40,323 nt of DNA from a bacterium (lineage in GTDB: Bacteria; Patescibacteriota; Minisyncoccia; UBA6257; WO2-44-18): NCBI GenBank assembly GCA_030698695.1, contig JAUYMR010000017.1, forward strand, positions 1 through 40,323. Reading direction: 5' to 3'. Under the pieces are notes generated by a model. The model saw only the letters and a list, made by a program, of their open reading frames with translations. It made no database searches and was not told the DNA's origin. Both the position numbers and the translations under genes were made by a program. Positions 38,769-40,323 of this stretch are shown in pieces (the first letter of the stretch is position 1; each line of letters starts with the position of its first letter).

Positions 38769-39479
38769 ATGAAAGCAATAATTTTAGCGGCGGGAGAGGG
38801 TATCCGTATGCGCCCGCTGACCTTAGAAAAACCGAAACCATTATTGGAGGTAACGGGCAAACCATTATTGCGACATATTTATGAATCTTTGCCCGATGTT
38901 ATTGATGAGGTTGTTTTAGTCGTGGGCTATAAAGGGGATCTTATTAAAAAACATTTTGGATCAGAATTCGCCGGTAAAAAAATAAGTTATGTTGAACAGT
39001 TGGAAAAGCTGGGCACAGCTCATGCCTTGGGGTTGTGTCGACCCCATTTATCAGAGGGCGAGAAATTTTTATTGCTTTATGCCGATGATTTACAGCATAA
39101 GGAATCTATGACGAGATTATTGCGCCATGACAACGCTTTATTGGTTCACAAAGTTGAAGATCCGCGCCGTTTTGGAGTGGTTGTAACTAATGATGGGGGT
39201 AAGATATTGGATATAGAAGAGAAGCCGAAAAATCCTAAAACTAATTTAGTTGCCATCGGGGTGTATGTTTTAAATTATAATATCTTCAAATACGAATTGC
39301 ATGAAAAGAAAAACGGAGAGTATTTTTTAACCGATATGATAAAGTCTATGATCAAAGATCAAGACGTGTTTGCCGAAGAGACAAGTTTTTGGCATCCGAT
39401 TGGTTATCCCGAAGATTTAAAAAAGGCCGAGATAATCTTGAGCCAACGTTTTCAAGGCGATGTCGCTGATCCGAAATGA
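38769..39479 (+). CDS. Sugar-phosphate nucleotidyltransferase (NTP_transferase family)
   Basis: ILAAGEGIRMRPLT..KPKPL, LGTAHA, FGVV, EEKP. Confidence 0.92.
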   Translation: MKAIILAAGEGIRMRPLTLEKPKPLLEVTGKPLLRHIYESLPDVIDEVVLVVGYKGDLIKKHFGSEFAGKKISYVEQLEKLGTAHALGLCRPHLSEGEKFLLLYADDLQHKESMTRLLRHDNALLVHKVEDPRRFGVVVTNDGGKILDIEEKPKNPKTNLVAIGVYVLNYNIFKYELHEKKNGEYFLTDMIKSMIKDQDVFAEETSFWHPIGYPEDLKKAEIILSQRFQGDVADPK

Positions 39480-39531
39480 GCATGGCAGAAAATGTATTTA
39501 TTAAAAAATGAATTTTTGCTAAAATAAGGTA

Positions 39532-40323
39532 ATGGAAAAGCATCCTCTCCACCTCAAAAACCCCGAATTGCAGACATCTCCCGAAGTGCAACGGGCGGTT
39601 GAGCGTGAGGAGCAGAAAACTGGGGAAAAAGTGCCCAATGACCCGGCTGAGCGCATAGAGGCCTATATGGATCGCCTTGAGAACATCTTTCTCAATCCGG
39701 ACGAGCGAAAACGCGACCGCAACCTTGAAATGTTCAGAGATAAGATATATGACGCGCTCATCATAAAGCGCGAGAATTTTCCCGACAGCTACTTTGAACT
39801 CCAAAAACGCATTGCGCGAGAACGCGGACAAGCAGTCGAAGAAATTCCGGACAACGTCCGAGAGCAGATGATGGATGTGGCCATCGAGGATCAAAGAGCG
39901 TCGCTTGACGCATGGATGGACTATCTTACTTCGGACGACGCAGTTTATCCGGCGTGGTTCAAATATTTCGTTTGGAGAAACGTCACCAAGCTTTCGCAGT
40001 TTGATAAGGAGCGAGGCGAATTCAAAAAGCGCACCGACAGCACGGTCGCTCCGTATCCGGACATTTACCGCGAACCGCTCGCGCAGATCGCTGACATCTA
40101 CGAAAAAATAAAAGCTGACAATAAGAATCTCAAAGAGCCGGAGATCAGAGAAGCCTTTTCAAAGAAATTTCCGAATCTTTATGCCGAGCTCATCTCCAAG
40201 TCTCTCGCCGCTTCGATGGAGAACCGCGAAGAAATTCGCGGAGAATGGGTGAAGTACGAACAAGGGAGAGACGGCGATGCGGAGAAACTTTTTCAATCGC
40301 TAGAAGGCAAGGGCACCGGCTGG
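39532..40323 (+). CDS. Large hypothetical protein, N-terminal 264 aa, truncated by the window end
   Basis: Stop-free frame MEKHPLHLKNPELQ...YLTSDDAVYPAWFKY...WVKYEQG...SLEGKGTGW; TGC-TAAAAT 6 nt upstream; absent from the ORF track because it has no stop. Confidence 0.88.
   Translation, partial: MEKHPLHLKNPELQTSPEVQRAVEREEQKTGEKVPNDPAERIEAYMDRLENIFLNPDERKRDRNLEMFRDKIYDALIIKRENFPDSYFELQKRIARERGQAVEEIPDNVREQMMDVAIEDQRASLDAWMDYLTSDDAVYPAWFKYFVWRNVTKLSQFDKERGEFKKRTDSTVAPYPDIYREPLAQIADIYEKIKADNKNLKEPEIREAFSKKFPNLYAELISKSLAASMENREEIRGEWVKYEQGRDGDAEKLFQSLEGKGTGW

Noticed and set aside
39352-40111. ORFs 39352-39894(-) and 39875-40111(+)
   Set aside because: Shadows of the longer open frame starting at 39532
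1-40323. Alternative genetic code (TGA=Gly, as in Gracilibacteria/SR1)
   Set aside because: Conserved genes are full length under code 11, and TGA terminates genes normally (e.g. 4969, 5367, 17780)

Overview
AT-rich bacterial chromosomal segment using the standard genetic code (TGA is a stop). Gene content and style point to a Patescibacteria/CPR (Parcubacteria-like) genome; this taxonomy is inferred. Housekeeping genes dominate: rpsL-rpsG-fusA, three type IV pilin-like genes, fmt/def, a 2H phosphoesterase, an S41 protease, rplI, rpmA, NDH-2, pgk, a DHH phosphoesterase, RNase HI, rnpB, CIRCE-hrcA-grpE-dnaK-dnaJ, secDF, two VirD4/TraD-like ATPases, efp, murC, an NTP transferase, tRNA-Ser(GGA) and tRNA-Lys(TTT). 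The most notable signals are: (1) an unannotated ~295-nt, highly base-paired non-coding transcription unit with its own promoter and terminator (14313-14606); (2) a small GIY-YIG gene bracketed by a duplication of the tRNA-Ser 5' end, with a perfect 20-bp palindrome inserted in the extra copy; (3) two expression styles, with apparently leaderless housekeeping genes versus solo orphan genes carrying a boxA-like leader motif and a strong Shine-Dalgarno (SD), one of which is a Ser/Thr kinase-FGE fusion; (4) an inverted-repeat-bounded insertion in a pilin signal peptide; (5) a 40-bp palindrome and recurrent 7/8-nt periodic intergenic tracts. All calls were made by eye with no database searches.
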